Of a stretch of 64,000 nucleotides of DNA, positions 1-8,593 are shown piece after piece. The stretch spans positions 69,222-133,221 of the forward strand of contig JAXLXC010000001.1 of NCBI GenBank assembly GCA_046328155.1. Direction: 5' to 3'. The position numbers and the translations under genes were made by a program. Under the pieces are notes generated by a model, which ran no database searches, was not told the DNA's origin, and was given only the letters and a program-made list of their open reading frames with translations. This DNA is from Chloroflexota bacterium (GTDB taxonomy: Bacteria; Chloroflexota; Limnocylindria; Limnocylindrales; CSP1-4). Every line of letters starts with the position of its first letter. Position 1 is the first letter of the stretch.

Positions 1-214
1 CATCGTGACCGAGACGGGCTGCGGACGACTGGTGGACCCCACCGACCCCGCGGCGGTGTCGCGGACCCTCCGCGAGATGCTCGAGCTGGGCCCCGACGGC
101 CTCCGGGCGCTGGGCGACGCCGGCCTCGCCGCGGCCCACGATCGCTACAACTGGGAGCGCCAGTTCGAGGTCCTCGACGAGGTCTACGCGCGGGTCCTCA
201 CCCGACCCGCGTGA
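1..214 (+). CDS. GT4-like glycosyltransferase, C-terminal fragment (5' end outside window)
   Basis: The translation (..GCGRLVDPTDPAAVSRTLREMLELGPDGLRALGDAGLAAAHDRYNWERQFEVLDEVY..) aligns with the C-termini of the two downstream paralogs. TGA stop at 212-214. Confidence 0.7.
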   Translation, partial: IVTETGCGRLVDPTDPAAVSRTLREMLELGPDGLRALGDAGLAAAHDRYNWERQFEVLDEVYARVLTRPA

Positions 215-230
215 GCCGGTCCGCCGCCCC

Positions 231-1559
231 GTGAGCCGCCCGCCCGCCCGGATCGCGATCCTGTCGCACGGCACGAGCGCCTTCGACTCCCGGGCCCAGC
301 GGATCGCCCGGACCTGGGCCGCGCGCGGTGACACCGTGACGCTCTACTCGCGCTACCTGCCCGGGCTGCCCCGCGACCAGGAGGTGGACGGCTATCGCCT
401 GGTCCGACTCCCGCTCGACGAGGCGGACGTGCGACTCGCCGATCGCGAGGCTCGACGTGCGGCGACCGAGGCACCGACAGCCGCCCCGGCGTCCGGCGCA
501 CCCACCCAGCCGGGGATGCTGCGCCGCGTCGTGACGCGGCTGCCCACGGGCAGCGTCATCCGCCATCGGTTCCGGCAGTTCCCGCTGCGACCGCTCCAGC
601 GAGCACCCTGGTACGTGCGCCAGGTGGAGCCGCACGACATCTGGCATGGCATGTGGGCGGGGTCGCTGCCGGCGTTGGACCAGGTGCGGGCGGCGCATGG
701 CGGGCACACGGTCTACGACGCGCGCGACGTGTTCCTCCGCTCGCGGATGTTCGACCACATGCCCCGCTGGCAGCGCCGGATCCTGACGCGCTACGAGCGC
801 CGCTGGGCAGGGGCATGCGACGCCGTCGTCCAGGTCTCCCCGGAGTACGCGGCGATGACCGAGCGCGACCTGGGGCTCGACCACGTCGCCGTGGTCCGCA
901 ACTGTCCCGAGCGCTGGGACCCGCCCGCACCCCGCCCGGACCGGATCAGGGAGCTGCTGGGGCTGCCGACCACCACCCGCGTCGTGCTCTACCAGGGACG
1001 CGTGATGGGCGACCGGGGCATCGAGCAGGCCATGGACGCCATCCTCGAGGTCCCGGACGCGGTGCTGGTGATCATGGGCTTTGGCAACCAGAACGGCAGC
1101 CAGTCGAGCCGCGATCCCTACGTCGAGGCCAGCCAGCGGGCGCCCTACCTGGGCAAGGTGCACGTCATCGACCCGGTGCCGCCCACCGAGCTGCTGTGGT
1201 GGTCGGCCTCCGCCGACGTGATGGTCATGGCGGTCCAGCCACGCTCCCAGAACCATCGGTTCATGACGCCCCAGAAGCTGTGGGAGGCGCTGGCGGCGGG
1301 GGTGCCGGTGGTGGCCGCCGACATGCCTGGCTTCCGCTCCGTGGTCGGCGAGGTGGGCTGTGGCGAGCTGGTCGACCCCACCAGCCCGCCCGCGATCGGC
1401 GCGGGAATCCGGCGGCTGCTGGACCTGGGCCCCGAGGGCCTGCGGGCGGTGGGCGACAGGGGCCTCGCGGCGGCGCACGACCGATACAACTGGGAGGTCC
1501 AGGCGGAGGTGCTCGAGGGCATCTATGCCGAGCTGCTCGCGAAGGGGCGGGACGGGTGA
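231..1559 (+). CDS. GT4-like glycosyltransferase (paralog 2 of 5)
   Basis: 442-aa ORF with a GTG start at 231. N-terminal IAILSHGTSAFDSRAQRIAR..GDTVTLYSR. C-terminal NHRFMTPQKLWEALAAGVPVVAADMPGF block typical of the retaining GT-B/GT4 nucleotide-sugar binding region. Confidence 0.8.
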   Translation: MSRPPARIAILSHGTSAFDSRAQRIARTWAARGDTVTLYSRYLPGLPRDQEVDGYRLVRLPLDEADVRLADREARRAATEAPTAAPASGAPTQPGMLRRVVTRLPTGSVIRHRFRQFPLRPLQRAPWYVRQVEPHDIWHGMWAGSLPALDQVRAAHGGHTVYDARDVFLRSRMFDHMPRWQRRILTRYERRWAGACDAVVQVSPEYAAMTERDLGLDHVAVVRNCPERWDPPAPRPDRIRELLGLPTTTRVVLYQGRVMGDRGIEQAMDAILEVPDAVLVIMGFGNQNGSQSSRDPYVEASQRAPYLGKVHVIDPVPPTELLWWSASADVMVMAVQPRSQNHRFMTPQKLWEALAAGVPVVAADMPGFRSVVGEVGCGELVDPTSPPAIGAGIRRLLDLGPEGLRAVGDRGLAAAHDRYNWEVQAEVLEGIYAELLAKGRDG

Positions 1560-2881
1560 CCGCGCCGACCCGGCGCTCGGCGCGCGTCGGCATCCTGTCC
1601 CCTGGCACCAGCGAGTTCGACTCGCGGGCGCATCGCATCGCGCGGTCGCTGGTGGCACGCGGCGACACGGTGACCATCTACTCGCGCCAGCGGCCCGGGC
1701 TGCCCGCCCACGAGACGGTCGATGGCTATCGGGTGGTGCGGATGCCCCTGAGCGCCGCCGACGCCGCCGCGGTCCGGGCGAGCCCCGCCGAGGGTGGCAC
1801 GCGACCCCGACCACGTCCTCGGTCGCTCCTGGGGCGGCTGCGGGCGATGGTCCGCGGGGCCGCGGGTCGGGCGCGGACGGCGTGGGTGCGCTGGAGCGAT
1901 CGCGTGCCCGTCATCCATCGGTTCCGGATCTTCCCCCTGCGCCCGCGCGAGTGGGCCGCCTGGTTCGAGCGCGGCGTGGAGGCCCACGACATCTGGCACG
2001 GCATGTGGGCGCCCTCGCTGCCGGCCCTCGAGCGGGTGCGGGCCCGGCATGGGGGACGCACGCTCTACGACCCACGCGACGTGTACCTGCGCTCCCGCAT
2101 CTTCGGGGGCATGCCCCGCTGGCAGCGGGCGGTCCTGACCTGGTTCGAGCGTCGCTGGGCCCAGCGCGCGGATGCCGTCGTCCAGGTCTCGGAGCCGTAC
2201 GCCGAGATGACCGCCCGCGACCTGGGGCTGGCGCCCCTGCCCATCGTCCGCAACTGCCCCGACCGATGGGACCCACCGTCGCCCCGCCCCGACCGGATCC
2301 GCTCCCTGCTGGGGCTCCCCGCGGCCACCCGGGTGGTGCTGTACCAGGGGCTGTTCGTGGTCGACCGGGGCATCGAGCAGGCGATGGATGCCATCCTCGA
2401 CGTCCCCGACGCCGTGCTCGTGCTCATGGGCTTCGGCAACCTGGAGACCCACTACCGGGAGCTGGCCGCGCAGCCGCGCTACGCGGGCCGGGTGCGGGTC
2501 ATCGACGCGGTGCCGCCCCAGGAGCTGCTGCTCTGGTCGGCCTCGTCAGACGTCATGGTCATGCTGTACCAGCCATCCACCGAGAACCACGAGTTCGTGA
2601 CGCCCCAGAAGCTGTGGGAGGCGATGTCGGCGGGCGTGCCGGTCGTGGCGAGCGACCTGCCGGGCTTCCGGTCGGTCGTGCCGGTGGTCGACTGCGGGGT
2701 GCTGGTGGACCCGACCGACCCGGTCGCGGTCAGCCGAGGCATCCGCTCGCTGCTCGACCGCGGCCCGGACGGGCTGCGCGAGGTGGGCGACCGAGGCCTG
2801 GCCGCCGCGCACGAGACCTACAACTGGGAGGCGCAGTTCGAGGTCCTGGACCGGGTGTACGAGCGACTGCTGGCCCACTGA
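1556..2881 (+). CDS. GT4-like glycosyltransferase (paralog 3 of 5)
   Basis: GTG at 1556 overlaps the upstream stop (GTGA). The translation VGILSPGTSEFDSRAHRIARSLVARGDTVTIYSR...NHEFVTPQKLWEAMSAGVPVVASDLPGF is collinear with the 231-1559 protein. The longer 653-2881 ORF is an upstream shadow extension. Confidence 0.8.
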   Translation: MTAPTRRSARVGILSPGTSEFDSRAHRIARSLVARGDTVTIYSRQRPGLPAHETVDGYRVVRMPLSAADAAAVRASPAEGGTRPRPRPRSLLGRLRAMVRGAAGRARTAWVRWSDRVPVIHRFRIFPLRPREWAAWFERGVEAHDIWHGMWAPSLPALERVRARHGGRTLYDPRDVYLRSRIFGGMPRWQRAVLTWFERRWAQRADAVVQVSEPYAEMTARDLGLAPLPIVRNCPDRWDPPSPRPDRIRSLLGLPAATRVVLYQGLFVVDRGIEQAMDAILDVPDAVLVLMGFGNLETHYRELAAQPRYAGRVRVIDAVPPQELLLWSASSDVMVMLYQPSTENHEFVTPQKLWEAMSAGVPVVASDLPGFRSVVPVVDCGVLVDPTDPVAVSRGIRSLLDRGPDGLREVGDRGLAAAHETYNWEAQFEVLDRVYERLLAH

Positions 2882-2922
2882 CACGGGGATGGCCGCGCAC
2901 CCTTGTGTGCTAGCGTGTGGCC

Positions 2923-3162
2923 ATGCGAGTGCACATCACGCTGGACGAGCGGGACATCCGCAGACTGGACGCTCGCGTGGGCGCGCGCCGACGCAGCAGC
3001 TTCATCGCCGAGGCGGTCCGTCAGGCCCTCGACGACGAGCAGCGCTGGGAGGCCATCGAGTCGGCGATCGGGAGCATCCCTGACGCTGGCCACGAGTGGG
3101 ACGCAGACGCGGCCGAGTGGGTGCATCGGCAGCGACACGCCGACCCGCGCCATCACCGCTGA
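2923..3162 (+). CDS. vapB: Ribbon-helix-helix (CopG/VapB-like) antitoxin
   Basis: MRVHITLDERDIRRLDARVGARRRSSFIAEAVRQAL is a typical RHH N-terminus. Its stop overlaps the PIN gene start (TGATG at 3160-3164). An alternative GTG start lies at 2917. Confidence 0.7.
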   Translation: MRVHITLDERDIRRLDARVGARRRSSFIAEAVRQALDDEQRWEAIESAIGSIPDAGHEWDADAAEWVHRQRHADPRHHR

Positions 3163-3557
3163 TGGGGGCGGTCCTGCTCGACACCACCGTGCTCATCGAC
3201 CTGCTGCGCGGGCGCGCGGGCGCCGTGCGACGGCTGCGCGCGGTCCGTGCTGCTGGCGATCGGCCATTCGTCTGTGCCATCAATGTGGAGGAGGTCGAGC
3301 GCGGCGTTCTGGACGCGGAGGCCGACGCCCTGGCGCGACTCCTCGACGGCCTGAGCCTCGCGCCTCTGGGCCGCGACGAAGGCACGCGAGCGGGGCGATG
3401 GCGCCGAGCACACGCTGCGCGCGGCCTGACCCTGTCCCAAGGGGACTGCCTGATCGCCAGCGCGGCGGCCAGCATCGGCGCACGACTCGCCACCGGCAAC
3501 CCCAAGGACTTCCCGATGCCCGAGCTGGTCGTGGAGCATTGGCCTGTGGGCTCCTGA
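3162..3557 (+). CDS. vapC: PIN-domain ribonuclease toxin (VapC family)
   Basis: MGAVLLDTTVLIDLLRG.. supplies the first acidic PIN residue. ..INVEEVERG.. and ..QGDCLIASAA..TGNPKDF supply the later ones. About 131 aa, coupled to the RHH gene. Confidence 0.8.
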   Translation: MGAVLLDTTVLIDLLRGRAGAVRRLRAVRAAGDRPFVCAINVEEVERGVLDAEADALARLLDGLSLAPLGRDEGTRAGRWRRAHAARGLTLSQGDCLIASAAASIGARLATGNPKDFPMPELVVEHWPVGS

Positions 3558-3568
3558 CCCACCGGCGA

Positions 3569-4231
3569 TCAGGCGGGCACGAGCCGGTCGAGCGTGTCCG
3601 GCAGGTCGGCCAGGTCCGTCAGACGCGCCGCCATGGGCAGCGTGGTGACCTCGGCCTCCCGGTCGATCCAGACGGCGGGGATGCCCAGCCGCGAGCAAGG
3701 CTCGATGTCATGGAACAGCGACGCCGCGACATGGATGTGGCGCGAGCGGTCGGCGCCGGTCGTCGCGAAGAAGCGCTCCCAGTGGCCGCGCGCCGGCTTG
3801 TAGGAGCCGATCTCCGACGCCACCACCCGCAGGTCCACCGGCACCCCGATGTGACCGAGCGATGCCTCGAGGTAGTCGGGGTCCGTGTTGGACAGGATGG
3901 CCAGCTTCCAGCCGCGTCGCCGCAGCTCGGCGAGCGCGCCCGGCACCTCGGGGAATGCGGTCCACGACGGGAGGGCGTCAGCGAGCGTCGACTCGCGCCC
4001 CGGCGGCAGGGTCAGTCCCTGGTCCCGGGCGAGCTGGGCCAGACCCTCGGTCAGCACCTGCCGGTAGGGCGTCCCGGTGCCCGCCTGGAGCTGCGCCTCG
4101 ATCTCCAGGTATCGACGGTGGAGCGCGCGGACGTCCGCGCCGGGCCACAGCGACGCGATCCCGGCCCGGAGGCCACCATGCCAGTCGATGAGGGTGCCAT
4201 AGCAGTCGAAGGTCGCCCAGCGGTCGCTCAT
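3569..4231 (-). CDS. HAD-superfamily hydrolase (haloacid dehalogenase type II-like)
   Basis: HAD motif I FDCYGTLID, motif II ILSNTD, a later SYKP, and motif IV-like HVAASLFHDI. The start overlaps the upstream GT stop (ATGA at 4228-4231). Confidence 0.8.
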   Translation of the reverse strand: MSDRWATFDCYGTLIDWHGGLRAGIASLWPGADVRALHRRYLEIEAQLQAGTGTPYRQVLTEGLAQLARDQGLTLPPGRESTLADALPSWTAFPEVPGALAELRRRGWKLAILSNTDPDYLEASLGHIGVPVDLRVVASEIGSYKPARGHWERFFATTGADRSRHIHVAASLFHDIEPCSRLGIPAVWIDREAEVTTLPMAARLTDLADLPDTLDRLVPA

Positions 4232-5550
4232 GCCCAGACCGTACCAGTCGCCAGGTCCCGATACAGGTCGAGCAGCACGGGCGCCTGATGCTCCCAGGCA
4301 TACACGTCGCGCGCGGCCGCCAGCGCCGCGTCACGGTATGCAGCCCGCCGCTCCGGGGTGGCCTCCACGATGGCGCGGATGGCGCGCGCGATGTCGGCGG
4401 GATCGTCCGGGTCGCACAGCTCGCCGCAGCCCGTGGCGCGCACGATGGGGGCCATGCCGGGCAGGTCGCTGGCCACCACCGGCACGCCGGCACCCATGGC
4501 GTCGAACAGCTTGGTGGGCGTGTTGAGCTGGTGGTTGAGGGTGTCCCCCTCGACGGGCATCGCGGACACGTCCGCCGCGGCGATGGCGGCCGGGATGTCG
4601 GCAGGTGCCACCGGTCCCGGGAAGTGGATGCGGCCGGCGTGCGGCAGGGCGGCCGCGCGCGCCCGGAAGCGCTCGTAGTCGGTGCCGTAGCCGGCCACCA
4701 CGAGGACCGCACGGTCCACCAGCCCGAGGGCATCGCACAGCTGCCCGATGCCCCGCCCGTCGAGCACGAGCCCCAGGTACAGCACCAGCGGCGCGTCCGG
4801 CGCCAGACCCAGCCGCTCGTGCCAGATGCGGCGTGGCTCGCGCACCGGCTCGTGGTCGGGACCGTTCCAGGCCACCCGGGGGCGTCGGCCCCAGACGCCC
4901 TCCAGCACGTCCGCGTAGGGGTCGCTCGCGGTGAGCAGCCCATCCATGGAGCGCGCCCAGCCCGTCTCCCGACGTTCGAGCAGCGAGCGCCACGGCCCGG
5001 GCAGCCGCGCGAAGCGGGCGCTGCGCGTCGCCAGGTCGCGGGCGTCGTACACGGCGAACCCACCGCGGGACCGACGAAGGCGGGCGGCGACCGGCAGGGC
5101 CACGAGGCCCTCGGCCTGCCACACGTCCATGGGCGCGCCACGCTCGAAGCCTGGCGGCGTGGGGGCGTGGTCGATGGCCTGGCCGATGGCGTCGGCCCAG
5201 ACGCCCGACAGCCGCAGGTACCGCAGCGCCTGGGCGCCCCGGCCCAGCGTCGCGGCGGCCACCGCGCGCGCCTTGGCGATCGCCCCGGAGGCAGCGCGCC
5301 GCTCTGCCGCCTCCGCCTCGCCCGCGGGCAGTCGCGGGCTCGGCAGCCACGACAGCGGCTGGGGCTGGCTCACGCGGAGCAGCCGGAACCCGTCGACCAG
5401 CTCGTAGCCGGGCAGGCCAGCTCCCGTGCGCGCCACGACGGTCACCGCATGTCCCGCCTCGGTCAGCGTGTGGGCCATCTTCCAGACGCGCGAGTCCGCG
5501 GTGAACGGGTTGTTGACGATGAGCGCGGTGCTCCGGACGACGCGGCTCAC
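4228..5550 (-). CDS. GT4-like glycosyltransferase (paralog 4 of 5)
   Basis: GTG at 5550 overlaps the upstream stop (GTGA). ALIVNNPFTADSRVWKMAHTLTEAGHAVTVVAR ... LNHQLNTPTKLFDAMGAGVPVVASDLPGM has the same architecture as the plus-strand paralogs. The 798-aa ORF to 6624 is a shadow extension. Confidence 0.8.
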   Translation of the reverse strand: MSRVVRSTALIVNNPFTADSRVWKMAHTLTEAGHAVTVVARTGAGLPGYELVDGFRLLRVSQPQPLSWLPSPRLPAGEAEAAERRAASGAIAKARAVAAATLGRGAQALRYLRLSGVWADAIGQAIDHAPTPPGFERGAPMDVWQAEGLVALPVAARLRRSRGGFAVYDARDLATRSARFARLPGPWRSLLERRETGWARSMDGLLTASDPYADVLEGVWGRRPRVAWNGPDHEPVREPRRIWHERLGLAPDAPLVLYLGLVLDGRGIGQLCDALGLVDRAVLVVAGYGTDYERFRARAAALPHAGRIHFPGPVAPADIPAAIAAADVSAMPVEGDTLNHQLNTPTKLFDAMGAGVPVVASDLPGMAPIVRATGCGELCDPDDPADIARAIRAIVEATPERRAAYRDAALAAARDVYAWEHQAPVLLDLYRDLATGTVWA

Positions 5551-6878
5551 GCGTCGGCGGCGATCCGGCGGTACAGGCCGGTCAGCCCCTCCACGTTGCG
5601 CTCCCAGCTGTAGCGCTCCAGGGCGACCGTCCGACAGTGCTCGCGGAGCGCGACCCGCTCGGCTGGCGGCGCCCCCAGGATGGTCGCGAGCGCCTCGGCG
5701 ATGGATCGCGGCGCGTCGATGTCGGCGCATGCGCCCACCCGCTCGCGGCTCACCAGCCGGCACTGCTCGTTGCCCTCGGAGACCACGACGGGCACGCCCG
5801 CCATCAGGCTCTCGAACAGCTTGTTGGGCAGGTTGTGGCGCTGGTTGAGGGTGCGCGGCGGCTGTCCCACGAATGCGACGTCCGCGCTCGCGGTCCACGG
5901 CAGCAGGTCGTCGGGTGGCACGGGCGGCAGGACCATGAGGTGGTCGGGGCGGGCGGCGGCGCGCTCGCGGAGCCAGGCCTCCAGCCGCCCGAAGCCCATG
6001 AACACGGCGACGGGGTCGAGGCCTCGGAGCGCCGGCTCCTCGAGCGCGGCCACCAGCTCCTCGATGCCCCGGTCGACGCTGTAGCCGCCCTGGTACAGGA
6101 TGACCGGCCGCGTCTCCGGGATGCCCGCCGTGGCGCGGACCACGTCGGATGCCACGAGCCCCGGCGTCTCGGGATGCCACGCAGGGGGGCAGTTCATGAG
6201 GATGACCGGCGGCGCCACGCCCCAGCGTCGTCGCACCAGGTCGGCGATGGGCTGGCTGACGGCCAGCGTGCCCGCGGCATCGCGTGCCCAGCCGCGCTCG
6301 CGTCGGCGGACCAGCTCGCGCACCACGCCGGGCATCCGCGCCAGACGCGCCGCCTCGGTGTGGTAGTCGGCCACGTCGTACACGAACCGCGCCGAGAGAC
6401 GGCGCGCGGACTCGCGCACCACGGGCAGCGTGATGAGCGCCTTGGCGTGGAACACCTGGGTCTCCGGGGCGGCGGCGACCACGGCGTCCGCCCACGGCCC
6501 CACGCGGCGCGCGTTGGCGAGCACCTCCAGCAGCCGTCGCAGCGGATGTCGCAGTCGGTCGAGGCCCGTCGGGCGGTCGGGCGGCAGCAGCACGGCCTCC
6601 GGGTCCAGGCCGACGAGGCGGCACACGAGCCCGCGTGCCGAGCGCGGCAGCGGGCGGAGCGCGCTCGAGATGCGCCGGTCGAGCGGGATGCGGGTCAGCC
6701 GGAGACCGCCGGGGAGCGTCTCGTCGGCGGGCAGGTCCGGCGCCGACCAGGCGAGGATGCGCACCTGATGGCCGTCGGCCGCCAGCGTCGCGGCGGTGCG
6801 CAGCTGGCGCGAGTCGAACTGGAAGGTGTTCGCCACCACGAGGGTGACGTGCAGCGAGCGGGCCGCCTGCCCGCTCAC
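5547..6878 (-). CDS. GT4-like glycosyltransferase (paralog 5 of 5)
   Basis: HVTLVVANTFQFDSRQLRTAATLAADGHQVRILAW ... LNQRHNLPNKLFESLMAGVPVVVSEG. I take the GTG at 6878 as the start because it sits just downstream of the preceding gene's stop at 6901. The start is uncertain, and the ORF is open to 6998. Confidence 0.75.
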   Translation of the reverse strand: MSGQAARSLHVTLVVANTFQFDSRQLRTAATLAADGHQVRILAWSAPDLPADETLPGGLRLTRIPLDRRISSALRPLPRSARGLVCRLVGLDPEAVLLPPDRPTGLDRLRHPLRRLLEVLANARRVGPWADAVVAAAPETQVFHAKALITLPVVRESARRLSARFVYDVADYHTEAARLARMPGVVRELVRRRERGWARDAAGTLAVSQPIADLVRRRWGVAPPVILMNCPPAWHPETPGLVASDVVRATAGIPETRPVILYQGGYSVDRGIEELVAALEEPALRGLDPVAVFMGFGRLEAWLRERAAARPDHLMVLPPVPPDDLLPWTASADVAFVGQPPRTLNQRHNLPNKLFESLMAGVPVVVSEGNEQCRLVSRERVGACADIDAPRSIAEALATILGAPPAERVALREHCRTVALERYSWERNVEGLTGLYRRIAADA

Positions 6879-6900
6879 GGCCGTCGACCCGGGCGACGGC

Positions 6901-7308
6901 TCAGCGACGGCCACGCAGCAGCCGGCCGATGACCAGCACGGCGCCCACGGCCGCCGCGACCGAGCGCCAGTCCAGCAGGACCCGCACGTCGCCGCCAACG
7001 TGGCGCGCGACCATCAGCCCCACCACGGTGTCCCGAGCCTCCACCTGGCGGGCCGCGAGCACCCCGATGGCGCCCTCGCGAAACTCGAGGACCTCCGCCC
7101 GGGCGACACCGATGGCGCCCTGGGTCGCGTGCACCTCGTGAGCCACGGCGCGGCCGATGGCCCCCTGGTTGGACTCGATTCGATGCGCGCGAGCCTCGGC
7201 GAGCGCGGCCGACGGGCGGGCGTCGTCGGTGACGGGCGGTGCGTCCAGGGTCACGTCGGGTGGGGGCGTCCCGGCATCGCTGCCCGTGACGTCGTCAGGT
7301 GCTGGCAT
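6901..7308 (-). CDS. Hypothetical tail-anchored protein with about 15-residue internal repeats
   Basis: 135-aa ORF. It has a Pro/Asp-rich N-terminus, then repeats (SNQGAIGRAVAHEVHA / TQGAIGVARAEVLEF / REGAIGVLAARQVEA / RDTVVGLMVARHVGG), then a C-terminal hydrophobic helix AAAVGAVLVIGRLL followed by RGRR. I do not recognise a family. Confidence 0.6.
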   Translation of the reverse strand: MPAPDDVTGSDAGTPPPDVTLDAPPVTDDARPSAALAEARAHRIESNQGAIGRAVAHEVHATQGAIGVARAEVLEFREGAIGVLAARQVEARDTVVGLMVARHVGGDVRVLLDWRSVAAAVGAVLVIGRLLRGRR

Positions 7309-7315
7309 CCGACGG

Positions 7316-8593
7316 CTAGCCTAGCGCGTCAGGCCCCGGGGCGGCGACGGACGCCCATGCCTCGCGGGTGTCCCGGCACACGTCCGCCCAGGTGCGGCGC
7401 ATGTCCGCCGCACGACGCGCCGCCCGGCTGACTTGGTCCGCGACCTGGCCACCCGACCACAGCGCGATGAGGGCGTTGGCCAGACGCGCCGGGTCCCCGG
7501 GCTCCACGATGATGCCTGCGGGACCCACGATCTCGGGCAGGGCGCCAGCGCGCGATGCGATGACCGGCACGCCCGAGGCGAGCGCCTCCAGGGCAGCGAT
7601 GCCGGTCGAATCCGAGAGCGCGACCTGCACGTGCCCCAGGGCACCCGCCTCCAGCACGGCTCGCTGGCCGAGCGCGAGCGGCGGGGTGGCGTGCACCAGG
7701 TCCCGGACCCGGTGGTGGCGCACGAGCGCCGCGATTCGGTCGTGCGCCTCGTCCGCCGCGGCGGCGCCCACCAGCACCACATGCGGCAGCTCCGCCTCCA
7801 GGGTGCCGGCATCGCGCAGCGAGCGGAGCGCCGCGAACAGCGTCGGCAGGTCCGACCGGGCGTCGTAGCGACCGCCCACGATGAGGTATCGGCCGGGCAG
7901 GCGATGCGCCGCGAGCAGGCTGTCCAGCAGGCCCGGGTCGGCGGCCTCGGGTCGGAACGCCGCGTCCGAGGCCAGCGGCACCACCCGGACGCGCTCCCGG
8001 TCGACGTCCACCAGCCGCGTCAGCGCGTCGGCGGTCGCCCGGGAGGCCACCAGGACGAGGGAGGCACGCCGCAGGGCGCCCGCCTTGGCGCGGCGCGCCA
8101 GCCGCGCGACGCGCGTGGCGGTGTATCGCTCGGGGAGCTCCCACGGTGCGAGGTCGAGCAGCGCCGAGACCACGGGCATGGCCGACCGGCGAGGCGTGGC
8201 GCCGCCTGCGGTGTGGAACACCGTGCCCGCGCCTGCGGCGGTGCCCGTGCGGAGCTGCGCCAGCCGCAGCAAGACGCCATCGACGGGCACGCCGAGCAGC
8301 GAGCGCAGGGCGTTCGACGGGGGCGGCAGCCACCGACGGCCCACGACCGCCACGCCGCCCTCGGACCCCTCGGCGCGATCCTCCTCGACGGGGTCGCCGC
8401 GACCGACCCGCAGGACCTCCACGAGCTCCTCGTCGGGCAGCGGGTCGTGCTCGAGCGCCCGCACCAGCGATCGCAGGTAGGCCGCCGTCATGGGCGCCCG
8501 GGTCGGCTCCTGGAGGGGCCGCAGGTCGAGCATCACGCGCACGCCGGCCGGTGGCGGCGCTGTCGCCGCCGTGAGGTCCGCCAGACGGGCCAT
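7316..8593 (-). CDS. Glycosyltransferase, GT-B fold (GT4/Glycos_transf_1, EX7E type)
   Basis: C-terminal SDSTGIAALEALASGVPVIASRAGALPEIVG matches the EX7E motif region. The ATG at 8593 overlaps the ppm1 stop (ATGA). Confidence 0.8.
   Translation of the reverse strand: MARLADLTAATAPPPAGVRVMLDLRPLQEPTRAPMTAAYLRSLVRALEHDPLPDEELVEVLRVGRGDPVEEDRAEGSEGGVAVVGRRWLPPPSNALRSLLGVPVDGVLLRLAQLRTGTAAGAGTVFHTAGGATPRRSAMPVVSALLDLAPWELPERYTATRVARLARRAKAGALRRASLVLVASRATADALTRLVDVDRERVRVVPLASDAAFRPEAADPGLLDSLLAAHRLPGRYLIVGGRYDARSDLPTLFAALRSLRDAGTLEAELPHVVLVGAAAADEAHDRIAALVRHHRVRDLVHATPPLALGQRAVLEAGALGHVQVALSDSTGIAALEALASGVPVIASRAGALPEIVGPAGIIVEPGDPARLANALIALWSGGQVADQVSRAARRAADMRRTWADVCRDTREAWASVAAPGPDALG

Noticed and set aside
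198-1814. Very long ORFs antisense to or out of frame with the called genes. Examples are 198-1814(-), 38022-40523(+), 43164-45758(-), 60321-63197(-) and 49498-51735(-).
   Set aside because: Their translations are Arg/Pro/Gly/Ala-rich with no recognisable motifs, and they lie opposite ORFs with clear family signatures. Such shadow ORFs are expected at about 70% GC because stop codons are rare.
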